Assembly: GCA_044892525.1 (NCBI GenBank)
Contig: CM097886.1
Coordinates: forward strand, 75,392,001 to 75,456,000
Direction: 5' to 3'
Source of the DNA: Schmidtea polychroa
Taxonomy: Eukaryota
Length of the DNA stretch: 64,000 nt
The notes beneath the pieces are model-generated. The model worked only from the letters and a program-made list of their open reading frames with translations. It had not been told where the DNA came from and did no database searches. Position numbers and translations under genes: made by a program. Of this stretch, positions 1 to 11,158 are shown one piece after another (the first letter of the stretch is position 1; each line of letters begins with the position of its first letter).

Positions 1-798
1 ACAGTCTTCTCCGTCGAACAGTCCTATTATTTCTTTCTCGGTCATACCATGCGCATGCGATTGGTAATGTTTGACCTGTGCTCTGGGGGTGACTCTCGTG
101 TTGAGTATCAGATCGCCATTGAAATGTGAGATTGAAATGGCCACGATTGCCGTTTTCAGGAATTGTCGTAGTGTAGCGTAGTGAGCTGCTACGAAAATGG
201 TGAGGTTATCCTCTTGTCTAGGGTCCAGACGCTGTCTGACGAAAGACTTAAACGTTTTAATGTCGTTATCATTGACATTATATGTCCAATTTGGGTCATT
301 AATCCATCTCGTTGGTGTTTCTCTGTGAGGTTCCAGAATTTCCATTGCTATGATGGTATCTATTCCTTCACATAACAGTGAGATGTTCTTTTCCCTTCCA
401 TCCCCGTTTTCTATTTCGAGGGTTGTGTGCTTTTGCAGCAAAATAGGGTTTGTGGCGCCAGGAACATAAACCGTAAATGGTTTGTTAATGGCGTGTATCC
501 ACAGATGGTTGGTCAGAGTATGTCTGCCAAACTCAGGCATGACCTCGGTAAGCCTAATACTGCCGTTATGCTTGCCTGGGATTCTTGAGATAATCATTTG
601 ACACTTTGGGGCCTCGTCAAATTTGAAATTATTGGGTATGCCTGAACAATGACCGTAAAACCAGTGCCTTTGGCCTTTTCTACTTTGCTCCATAACCTGC
701 TTCTCCAGCTTCTTGTAAATGAGTTTTTCTTTTAGTAAGGTCGTAGCACGTATAATGCTATGTCTTCCTTGGTATTGGGATATTGGATGGCTCTGCAT
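1..798 (-). CDS. Accessory ORF2 of family A, N-terminal 266 aa (runs off the window), function unknown
   Basis: Manual translation from ATG at 798 (MQSHPISQYQGRHSIIRATTLLKEKL...HWFYGHCSGIPNNFKFDE...GMTEKEIIGLFDGEDC) is stop-free to base 1. It is absent from the ORF track because its stop lies outside the window. Homologous to 36337-38413 and 25146-25483. Confidence 0.85.
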   Translation of the reverse strand, partial: MQSHPISQYQGRHSIIRATTLLKEKLIYKKLEKQVMEQSRKGQRHWFYGHCSGIPNNFKFDEAPKCQMIISRIPGKHNGSIRLTEVMPEFGRHTLTNHLWIHAINKPFTVYVPGATNPILLQKHTTLEIENGDGREKNISLLCEGIDTIIAMEILEPHRETPTRWINDPNWTYNVNDNDIKTFKSFVRQRLDPRQEDNLTIFVAAHYATLRQFLKTAIVAISISHFNGDLILNTRVTPRAQVKHYQSHAHGMTEKEIIGLFDGEDC

Positions 799-800
799 TC

Positions 801-915
801 CTGAAATAAAAATCATTAACCATAATATCAGATATACTGATATGCCATAATAGGCTAAAAGGATATGCATGAGTCTTATTATAAAAGATCTACATATGCT
901 GAATTTTAATGCTAC
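801..915 (-). promoter_or_regulatory. Putative 115-nt intron immediately upstream of the ORF2 ATG
   Basis: Minus strand donor CCAG|GTAGCA at 915 and acceptor TTTTATTTCAG|GAATG at 801. Both sites recur in copy 2 (~38416-38530) and in the diverged relative (~25486-25580). Confidence 0.5.
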
Positions 916-996
916 CTGGAGCTCTACGTAAATATAGATTTTAAGATATATATAAATAGTTATATATGATTTTTGCCTCGGGGGAGTCTGTAATTG

Positions 997-2517
997 TCAT
1001 AATTGCGACATCAGTACTCCATCGTAAGCCCTTATGGCTTGTCTGAAATATAGCTTGGTCCATATACCCATAGCTATCAATGTAGTTATTAGTGATAGTA
1101 CGGCCGATACCGTAATCCATACCCCTATGGGTATTTTCAGAATGTATCCTGCATTAAAGTTTGTGATGGCATTACAATCACAACAGTTTGTCATGTTTGG
1201 GGGCGTTTGACAAGATATTTGTTTAATGGGTGACAACTGTTTAAGATGTTGCCACATTGCGGGATGTATCACCATGTTCTCCCTGACTACTTTTGGTGGT
1301 GTTTCCGTTACAACTGGCTGTTTCAGAGGTAATATCTCCTCAAATACCTCGAACCACCTATCGTCCTGTCGTTTCCTCGGACAATAGTATATAACATGAA
1401 CCGAATATTCTACTGACTGATTTAGATACATTTCTTGGGAGGGAGAGTTCTGGTCTAACCATAATGTTCCTCTCGTGGTTGATCCGTCTAGAATGCTGAT
1501 TTTCACTTTCTCCTCCCTGTTAATTTGCTGGCTAAATTTTACTTTCTCCTTCTCGTAGGATATCGATATGCGATTTGTGAAATCTGCCGTCCGTAGGATC
1601 CAATTTGATACGTGATAGGTATACCAACCATTCCGATATAACCGTGACGCTGCGATATGCAGTTTATAATCCGTCTCTGCTTTTAAATCATATAATTCCC
1701 ACTCTTTGTCTTCTGAATCGAGTTGGCGGATCCGCAAGTACCTGTTGTAGAAGTGTAAATTGAACTTTGTAGCATTATCGCACGTCGTGAGTATGCTAAT
1801 TCCGTGGTATGTCCTTATAAAATGTAAATGCTCTACTTGCATCGCCATAGGCTGAAAATATGCCTTTCTATCCCTTTTTGCCATTGCTAAAGTCATCATA
1901 CAGCTTATTATCAACAAAAAGTATACCGATTTTGGAACACCCCGTGATCTCAATGGGTATCTGTGCTCTTGTGGTTCTTCAATAGTGTTTAGTTTCGCTT
2001 GTTTCTCTGGTGCTTTTACTTTTGAATTTCCCGAGGTTCCTTTTGTTGAGATTTCGCACTTTTTACACCGATTAGCATGCACCATTATTGGTTCTGCTTT
2101 TCTGTTGGCTACTAGTTGTAATATGAGGTTTGTATCTGTGGTTCTCAATACCTCGTATGGCCCTTTGAAATTTCGCATGAGCTTTGGTGATAAGCCTTTC
2201 TTGTTGTAATGACTTTCCAACATCACCTGGTCTCCAACTGATATGCCATGATCCTTGGCTTTTCTGTCATGATAGTCTTTGGATGCCTCCTGATTATATT
2301 TTATACTGAGACCCGCTCTAGCCCATGCTTCCTGCATTCTTTCCCTCATTTCCATTAGATAATCTTCCTGATCTAAATACTGTGTTGCTATAGGGAAAAA
2401 CAGCAGATCTACCGGCATTTTACTTTGCCTTAGGTACATTAAGTAAAATGGCGTTTCACCTGTTCCTTCGTGTACTGCATTCCTGTATGCAAATAAACAG
2501 GATGGAATGTGGATATC
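997..2517 (-). pseudogene. Integrase C-terminus (GPY/F) plus C-terminal extension with signal peptide-like segment, ectodomain and TM anchor
   Basis: KLMRNFKGPYEV motif, hydrophobic YFLLIISCMMTLAMA, and C-terminal IPIGVWITVSAVLSLITTLIAMGIW. Separated from the INT core by a TGG>TAG nonsense at 2518; copy 2 reads DWD in frame here. Confidence 0.85.
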
Positions 2518-4743
2518 CTAATCCGTTTGCCCTGAATTTTCATATGATGCTAACATATTAGCTAATGTTCCATTAAATCGCTCTACTAGCCCATCCGTCT
2601 GAGGGTGATATGGGGAAGTGTTTAACTTTAGAACTCCGAAATAATCATTTATTCCTTTGAGCAAATTACTCATGAAATCAGCTCCTCGATCTGTTAATAG
2701 CTTCGTAGGTACTCCATACCTAAAGACAATTTGTTCAACGAAAATTCTAGCTATTGTATCAGCTTTGTGATTAGGCATCGGGTAGGCTTCTGGCCACTTA
2801 GTCAAGTAATCGCAGAAAACTAATATGTACTTGTTTCCGCTATTAGATTCTTTGAATGGCCCCAACACGTCCATTGCCGTCATTTCCATAGGTGTAGATG
2901 GTACCGGCATCGGCTTCATTGGTACGTGTGGTTTCTTTCCGGTATTTCTTCTGGTGATACAGATCTTACATGTCTGACACCAGGTTTTAACATCTTGTTT
3001 CATACCGGGCCAAAAATATTTTTGTTTTAACCTCGACAATGTTTTTCTAGATGACAGGTGGCCTCCTAAGGCTCCATCGTGATACTGCAACATGAGTGCT
3101 TCACGGTATTTCTTAGGAACCATTATAACGTTATCTCGTATATCTGAATATTTAACTAATCCCTCTTCCGGCACAAATTTATCTTTATTCTTTTCCCAGT
3201 ATTTCGTGAATTCTGTGGGCACGTATTTCGCTTCTAAGGCTTGTCGAATGGCATTGATTTCTTCATCAGCTTTTTGTGCCTCCATTAAATCAGCTAGCCG
3301 GTCGGCTTCTCGAGTCAGTGTGAAGATAGTCCCTTCGAGACGTCCTTCCTTCACATCTTCTGCTTCCTCCTCCTGGTCCATTCTCGATAAAGCGTCTGCA
3401 TTTCCATTATGATCTCCTTTTCTATAATGGATTTCTATGTCATATGGCTGTAAAATTAATGCCCATCTGACCAGTTTTGATGTATCCATTGTGTGTTTTG
3501 TCAGCCACTGTAATGGTCTATGATCGGTGTATACTATGATCTTCCGACCCCATAGATAAGTCCTAAACTGGGTTATAGCATACACAATTGCTAAAGCCTC
3601 TAGTTCTATCACTGCGTAGTTTCTCTCGTGTGGTTTTAATCCTCGGCTTGCGTATGCAATTGCATACTCGTCTCCTAGGTCATCTCTCTGACCTAGCACA
3701 GCACCTATGCCCCGAGTGCTGGCATCTGTCATAACCAAAAATTGTCTCTCAAAGTCTGGAAATCGCAATATAGGTGGCTTGACGAGCTTTTCCTTGAGCA
3801 TATCAAATGCTTCCTGCTGTTCTGTTCCCCACACAAATTTGACGTTTTTGCCTTCTAACTGCGTGAGTGAAAAGGCTATAACCGAAAAGTTTCTAATGAA
3901 TTTTCTGTAGTATCCAACTAGACATAAAAACCCTTTGATATGTTTAACGGTTTTAGGCTCCGGGAAATTCTTTACCTTTTCGACATTAGCTGGATCGGGT
4001 TTAACCCCGTCTCGTGATATGATATGGCCAACATATACCACTTCAGGTTCAGCCCATTTACATTTGGTTGGTTTCACTTTCATGTTGGCATTGATCAACC
4101 TCTTGAACACATCTTCCAAATGTTCCAAGTGTTTTTCCAAATTTGGCGAGAATACTATGACGTCGTCAATGTATACCATCGCATGATGTACATCCATGAG
4201 CATCAAATTCATTGCTCTTTGAAATGTGGCTGGAGCTCCGGTGAGTCCAAATGGCATTACGTTATATTCGTAATGACCCATACTCGTAGAGAACGCTGTT
4301 ATTGGTATAGTCTCGTCTTTTAACTTAATTTGATAAAATCCCTTTTGGGCGTCCATTACTGAGAAGAACCTAGCGTTTCTCATACGTCCATAGATATAAT
4401 CTAACAATGGCAATGGATGGCTATCTTTGCACGTAGCTTCATTAACCATGCGATAGTCGTTACATAATCGTACTGATCCATCCTTCTTAGCCACCACTAT
4501 CATTGGTGATTGATATGGTGATTTACTATGCCTGATTATGCCATGTTTTAACATCAATTTCACCTGTTTATCTACTGATTCCTCCAGACTGAATGGAATA
4601 CGGTATGGTCTCAGCTTTATAGGTTTTGTATTTGTGAGGACAATCTCATGTTCTAACAGGTTTGTTTTTCCTAGATCGTATTCATGTTTCGCGAATACCT
4701 GGTCGTATTTCCTCAACAGCATATTTACTTGAATGTTTTCCTT
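2518..4743 (-). pseudogene. Gypsy reverse transcriptase - RNase H - integrase core
   Basis: RT motifs CNDYRMVN, MPFGLTGAPATFQR, YIDD. RNase H TDAS...ELEALA...YTDHRPL. Integrase HHCC (H..GGHLS...CKIC) and MDVLG/TDRGADF/DGLVERFN. Domain order PR-RT-RH-INT. Confidence 0.95.
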
Positions 4744-5130
4744 TCAGGTTAGCACTTTGCTGTTTGCTGTAGGTGCATCATAGTACTCAATGTCTGGATC
4801 TCTTTCTTCTGCCTTTACGGTGAGTATCGACCCTTCTCCCGTGGCTTGTGGCTCGTTTTGTTTCCAGATTCTGCCCACTCTGGTATCTGGATATAAGTAA
4901 AGTGGTTTAATGTCCAGATTGGCTACCCTAATTGGTATTCTGCCATTGACTATTAAACCTAAGCTATGCGTGACTGGTATATTGTATTTCTCCGAAAACA
5001 ACTTCACCTTCCCAATTATTGCTTGTAGCTACAAAGCAAACTGTTTCCGCTCTGGGTGGTATGATAGTTGTATGATCTATATAAGCTGTATCATCGTTGT
5101 AAATTTTCCTCTTTTTACCTCGTGCTCGGA
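4744..5130 (-). pseudogene. PR-RT linker resembling a degenerate dUTPase-like fold
   Basis: IIPPRAETV...EP...IPIRVANL...LYPDTRVG pattern, as seen between PR and RT in many animal gypsy elements. A 20-nt deletion relative to copy 2 (EPDEK missing) causes a frameshift. Assignment is an inference. Confidence 0.5.
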
Positions 5131-5480
5131 TTAACAATCCAGATGCACAATCGAATACTACTCCTCGAAGTCTTTTTAGGATGTCCATACCTAATAGACA
5201 TTCGGCTGGGAGACTTCTCATCACTATGATGTCGTGATGGAGCTCCTGATCACATAGCTTAATCTGGCATGATAATGACCCTATTACGTTTAATGAGGAT
5301 CCGTTTGCTCCTGTTAATTTTACTCCTGCCGGTTTTAGCGACTGTAGTTCATGATGGTTTAACAATTTTGCTTCAATTATGGTACCATCTGCTCCTGAGT
5401 CTATAACCGCATTGACTGTATGTCGGTTCACTCTTATTTTTATCATTGGCTTTTTATCCAAGTTCACTGGGTTATTGACC
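5131..5480 (-). CDS. Retropepsin-type aspartic protease domain
   Basis: KIRVNRHTVNAVIDSGADGTII...ECLLGMDILKRL within ORF 4964-8455. Confidence 0.9.
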
Positions 5481-5989
5481 ATCAAGATAGTATCGTGCGA
5501 GATACCGATTGTGTTTGCTCTCGTTTGTTCTGCTTCCAGTAATTCAGGATCACTCAGTTGAGGGTTGTACTCTTTAAATTTAGCTTTAATTGACTCTAAC
5601 GCTTCCTTTGGATAGTGCACTTTAGGTAATTCTGGCAATGTTGAACATGTCAAATTATTAAATATGGTATCTTCACCGATTTTCCAATGGTGTCGTCCTG
5701 TTCTGAGTGTTGTTTCCTTTGAGTGTTCCCGCCTCTCGTTTGGTGTGGATGGTAAACTCCTCAAAGTTGGCAATTGTACATATCTTGGGCTTTTCTTGAA
5801 TCTGGGTGACCTTATGTCGAATTTTTGGTCGGAACTGTCATATTCTCCTTCTGAGGACTGTTTTCTCACATAGATTTCCTTTGATTGGTCATATGGAGGA
5901 AAATATTCCTTAAATCTCGATTTTCTTTGTTGCTGACTCGGTTTTTTGTTGTAGTTCTGTTTTCGTGATTGATTTGATCTTGAAGATGT

Positions 5990-7993
5990 TTCACGAGAGC
6001 CTCCATTACCTCCTCCCTTTGAATTGTTATCGTCCCGATAACTAGAATACTCTTCCATTTCTGTTCCAATTACTTCATGCTTGACCAAATGTTTCTGTCT
6101 AATTTCTTTAATTTCCTTTCTGTGATGTTTGAATAATGCAAACTCTGCACACATAGGAGATAGTCCTAATAGCAGTTTCCATGACAATCCTCCAATTTTG
6201 GATATGCTATATGTTGACATCAGTTGTGTAATTATCAGCTTTAAAATTACAAATATTGCGTAAATTCCTGAACATCCAGCAACGAAAATACCAAAATTGG
6301 TAAATCGTCCCCATATTTTCATCATTACGTTCTTTGCTGCTTCTTTATAGTGTTCCGGTCCAAATAATAGATTGTAATCTGGTCGTATCAAATTATCATG
6401 ATAAATCGTTCTTATAATTTCCGTGATACCTCTGTCTCTGATTTGTGGGAATAGCAATGTCCTTCTTGCCTCCTCGATATCGTCGGGAGTATAAATCCCT
6501 CCTTTTGCTAGTTCGTCTAATGACCTGAATTCCAGATTATCCTTTAGTTTAGTTACCTCCAGGGTCTCTACCCGTTGTGTAGATGGTTTTCTTTCCGGCA
6601 GAGATATCCACATGTCATTTATTTTATATAATGGTGATATTGCTGGGTTGCATACTGCTGGTTGAGGTTTGGCGTTTTCCTCAAGTAACTTTCTGGTTAC
6701 TGGCATAACAAATCTCAATTTTCCTTGGTAAGATACTGGCAGTTCTAGAGTGCATTGATTAAATCTGGCTAATTGTACTTCAACTGGTTTACACTCATAG
6801 CTATATATAGCTTCTCCCATGATTCTGCCAAACATTCCATCTTCCAATAACATTGGAGTAACCAACTCTGGGTTAACAATAGATATTGCTAATCTATTTC
6901 GAACTATTTCACGATTTAGCTTACAATCGCTTAATATCACCTCTTGATACATATCTTGCATTTGTCCTTGCAGAATATGATATAAATAATCTACTTTATT
7001 ATTTATATAATTCGTGATTTTGATATCCTTTACATGGAGGACCTTAGAGTTTCGAATATATTCCCTTGACAGGAAAATTCCTTTGTAGTTCGTCTCGTAT
7101 ACTCTTTTCCCACATTTAGTCTTTTTATCTTTTCGGACAAATCGAATTGCTTCCGTCTTGTCTTCCGATATCAACACTAGAGGTGTGTTTTCCTCTCCGA
7201 TGTCTTCCTTCTCTTGTTTGTTGATTTTCTTCAACGTTTTTGCTTTATCCCAAACCTTTTCTGGATTCTGGGAGTCCCGATATTTAGTTCCATTTAGTTT
7301 TCTAAAAGGAATTTTCTTGAGAAAGGCCAACTCACAATGATCTCTCATTTGTTCGTAAATTAATGTAGTGGTTCCCGTTTTACAACTACCGAACTTGGCA
7401 TTGCATTGCGGATGTGCCATCAATTTTCCTGTGGCCACATCGAATGTTCCCTCGTATTCTCGTAGCTCCACTGAGTAATCTTCTATGTCTACCACATAGG
7501 AAACTAAATTGCTACCGCGAATTTTCTTTCTTCCTTCGCAGGTTCCATCTGAGGCAATTGTTCCTCCTCGAGTGATTGTTATTCCCAATGTTTTCCCAAT
7601 TTCTGCTGAAATTGATACCTCGTTGTCTATCCTCACACTTCCTTTTCGAAATGCATCTAGGCAATCTTCGGGCATTATGTTTACCGGCCTTGGTATTAAT
7701 GTTGAGGATAGAAAAGCAGAATAGCTATTACTACCGCAATAATATTCGAATGTAGCTCTCTGAACTCTACATTCCTTTATCGTAGTTCTATAGAATTCAC
7801 TCTCTTGGTAGACATAATATTCTACCTTTTCCCCTTGATGGACCTTCTCGGGATACGCCTCTTTGCACTCAATTGCATCTACTAGCGAATATACCCGAGA
7901 TAGTTTAGGGTTTCCACAGTCAAATACCGTTAATGAGTTTGTTTGTTTTAATATGCCCATCATTACTAGGAACATCAGGATCATGCTTGTCAT
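5990..7993 (-). CDS. Envelope-like glycoprotein of chuvirus-G type (class III fusogen-like) embedded in the polyprotein
   Basis: Signal peptide MTSMILMFLVMMGILKQTNS followed by LTVFDCGNP...SLVDAIEC...YYCGSNSYS...TCEG...YINNKVDYL...DCKLNREIVRN...GEAIYSYECKPVEV...CTLELPV...CNPAISPLY, then TM FGIFVAGCSGIYAIFVILKLII. The cysteine and motif spacing matches chuvirus-like glycoproteins as I recall them; needs HMM confirmation. Confidence 0.8.
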
Positions 7994-8472
7994 GTTTCCT
8001 GTTCCTGAACTAACATTATTTATGGCTTCTTCCACGACTTCATATCGTGGTTTTGGAATCGTTTCCTTTTCCCAAAATTTGTTTACGGTCATCCATACCT
8101 CCAGGTAATAATCTACCATTTCGACTATTTGATCGATTTCTCGTTCTATAAGCCTTTTATCATCCCCTACTCGGGCTAAGGCATTTTGAATTAACAATGA
8201 TAGTGATGTTAACACTTTCCCTCTTGTTAATCCTTGCTGTACGAATGCTTCTATGGTATCCTGAATATCTCCTGTTGATACATCTTTGGATATTCTATCC
8301 ATTGTCTTTTTGGCTTCTTTTGTTATCTTCTTAACTTCGATCTCCTTGATTTTTGGAATTCTCCATTCGGGCCTGATAATCCCGACCATTTGTTGTATAC
8401 GTTGCCACAATAACAACCTTTCTGACGTTGTCTCATCTCCCGCCTGGTCGTCCATTTCTTGGGCTATCCCTG

Positions 8473-9582
8473 CTAATGTTTTAACTGGATTTTCCGAATC
8501 GTTTCCGGATTTAACTGCTCCTTGGGTGGAGGTTTCATTTGATCCTTTCTAGGACGTCCTCGTCCATCTTTTTTCACTTTCTCCGGAGGTTTTTCAGTAT
8601 CCGGATTTGTTACTGCTTGTGACCTAGTAGCTCCTACGTTTGTTTCTCCTGGATTTAATCTGACGTATTCTGAGAAGTAATCTTCCTCGTCAATGTCCAC
8701 CATTTGACAGGGATTAATTTCCTCTAGTCTTATTTCCTCGATTTCTTCCGCAATTTCGTTTGCTATATCTGGCAGTCTCATTAATGACCATTGTGACTCG
8801 GGTGGAGTTACTGGGATGATCATTACCGTGGTTGTTGCCAACGGTAGACAACCCACATCCACTAGATATTCATCATCATCCACTTGCCTGCCATGAACCA
8901 TTATCAGGAATATACCTGTAGTTTGATCGGTGGCAATCACATCTCTCCTCAATATTTTAACCTTGATATAGCAATTATAAATCATTGTTAATGGTTCTTT
9001 TCCCATCATTCTCACGTCTAGATTAATGTTGCCTTGTCTATCAGGCTGACTTCGGATAGCTTTCCCATTTTTCCTCATTAGCGCTTCAATTTGCGTCTGG
9101 AATGGGCTTGTTTCCTTTACCACTGGTAGTATAAGTGGAATTATTGCTTCCAACAAATCTACTGGTATTCGTAATACTAACATCCAGTCAAGTATTTCCT
9201 TTATAGTTTCTCCATCCCGTGGGGATTTCTGCAATTCCAACCCTAGTCGCTGGGATAATTGTTGAGTTTCCTCCAATCTCTCGATTTCCATCTGAGTAAT
9301 CAAGAATACGCTATCTTGATCCATTACTGCCACTGGCTTTGGTGCTCTCTTTGCTGTGAGCTTCGTCACTCTACCTGGGAGTATCCCGTTCTGTAGAAGT
9401 GTTTGGTTTGCTTCTAATTTTATTCCACATAAGTATAAGTCATATCCTTGATGCTTAATACTTGTCAACGTTTCCGTAAATTTATCGGCTCGACTTCTTA
9501 CATTTATATCGAGATTATACTCTTTATTCTGTGGGAGTCTTATATTGAGCTGGGCATCTTGGAGATCCCACTCATGTTCCAT
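8473..9582 (-). pseudogene. Gag-env spacer with two ubiquitin-like segments and an AT-hook
   Basis: LYLCGIKLEANQTLLQNGI and INLDVRMMGKEPLTM...IMVHGRQVDDDEYLVDVG resemble the ubiquitin LIFAGKQLEDGRTLSDYNI pattern. KKDGRGRPRK is an AT-hook motif. Copy 2 is in frame on both sides; copy 1 has a TAA at 9586 and a 1-nt deletion at ~8480. Confidence 0.6.
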
Positions 9583-9585
9583 GAG

Positions 9586-11097
9586 TTATCCTAATTTCCT
9601 TAGGATTTTGTACGTGTCGTTATGATACTTTGGATCATCTTCGACCTGCGATATCAGTTTTACTACTGTATCGATTTCGTGAATTTTAATTTCTGTTTCT
9701 CCCAATTTTCCCAATTGTCTGGCCAGCTTCTGCTGGTACTCATATCTGGAATCCGCCAGTTTTAAACATTTTGTTAGGGTATCTGACCCTTCTTTTACCT
9801 TTGCTTTCCCTGGCAAGGTTCTATCGAACTCGCTTAGTATGGTGGCCATACTAGGTTCATCATCGGAACTCTCCTTTGATTCCGTTTCCTGAAGGTCCTC
9901 TCTAACGGAGTCCTTTTTTCTGAGAAATTCATCTCTTCCAACTTCTACCATAAAAATGGTGCCTTCTTGGTCGGTTAATCTAGCCAACCTATTCTTTTCC
10001 TCCTGGATTTCCATTTCCAGTTGTTGCAGATAAGTTAACCCTTGATCCTGGTTAACCATAAAAGTGGTCTTAGGCTTGTTCACATTACCCTTATCGGTAT
10101 TTTTATTGAACTGACCCGTATTTCCACTCTGATTCTGAGGACATGACCTCATCATATGTCCGAATTTCCCACATCCGTGACATTTTATCTTTCCTGATGA
10201 ATTTACATCATCTCTTTTAATTGTACTAAAATTATTGCTGTTCTGAGGACTTCTAGTCTTGCAGACCGCAGCAACATGTCCCTTACGTTTACATTTTTCG
10301 CATTGCAAATTCTGCACTCTACAATTTTCCGCACCGTGGTTATTCCGTCCACATTTGGTACATTGTATACTTTTGCGATTGTCCATACTTTTCCTGCTGG
10401 TACAATCTTTCGCTATATGTCCTTTTCTATGGCAATTGAAACACTCTACCGGTGTTCTTTCACTGTTTACCAGGAACATAGTTGACTTTTCCAAGCTGCT
10501 TTCAATTACGACAGCTTTCCGTGTCAATTCGTCAAAATCATCACTAGTATGTAATATTAGAGCGTTCCTCATTGTAGGAGTAAGTCCTGCCCATAGCTGA
10601 TCCTTAACTAACAATTCTGTTGGCTTTGCCCATGCGGTTTTTGGTCCAAATGCTCTTTCAGCGATTAATGATAGCTGGTGTGCAAATTCCCCCACATGTT
10701 CATTGGCATTTTGTTTTCGATGATAAAATTGTTGTCTAAATATCCTTCCCGCATCTCCGGGCAATATTCGAGCAGTCATTTGTTCTCTCATTTCCGCCCA
10801 TGTTTTTGGTGCTTGAGCAACTGGTAATGCCATAATGTCATTATATTTTTCTCTTGCCAGCCCCTTCAAATATATAGGTAGCCTTTGTATCATGATATTA
10901 TCTGGATAAGCATATGCTTTGGCCATCTGCAGTGCTCGAAGTGAGGCGGGATAGCCGGGATATTATCCCGGCATTGATTATGTAGGCGGAATTGCATCCC
11001 GGCACTTCATTTCATATAATCTATAGGTTTATCCCGGTACTTATTTCATTTTTTAGGCACACAAATACTGCAATTAAGGTCACACATAGTACATCCA

Positions 11098-11158
<61 letters not shown>

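Noticed and set aside
5990-7993. Errantivirus (baculovirus F-type) or retroviral env
   Set aside because: No furin site followed by an F-type fusion peptide or retroviral TM motif; the cysteine pattern fits chuvirus-type G better.
1985-10600. Numerous short plus-strand ORFs opposite family A genes (repeated in copy 2)
   Set aside because: Antisense shadows of long coding frames; recurrence in both copies reflects overall sequence identity, not independent conservation.
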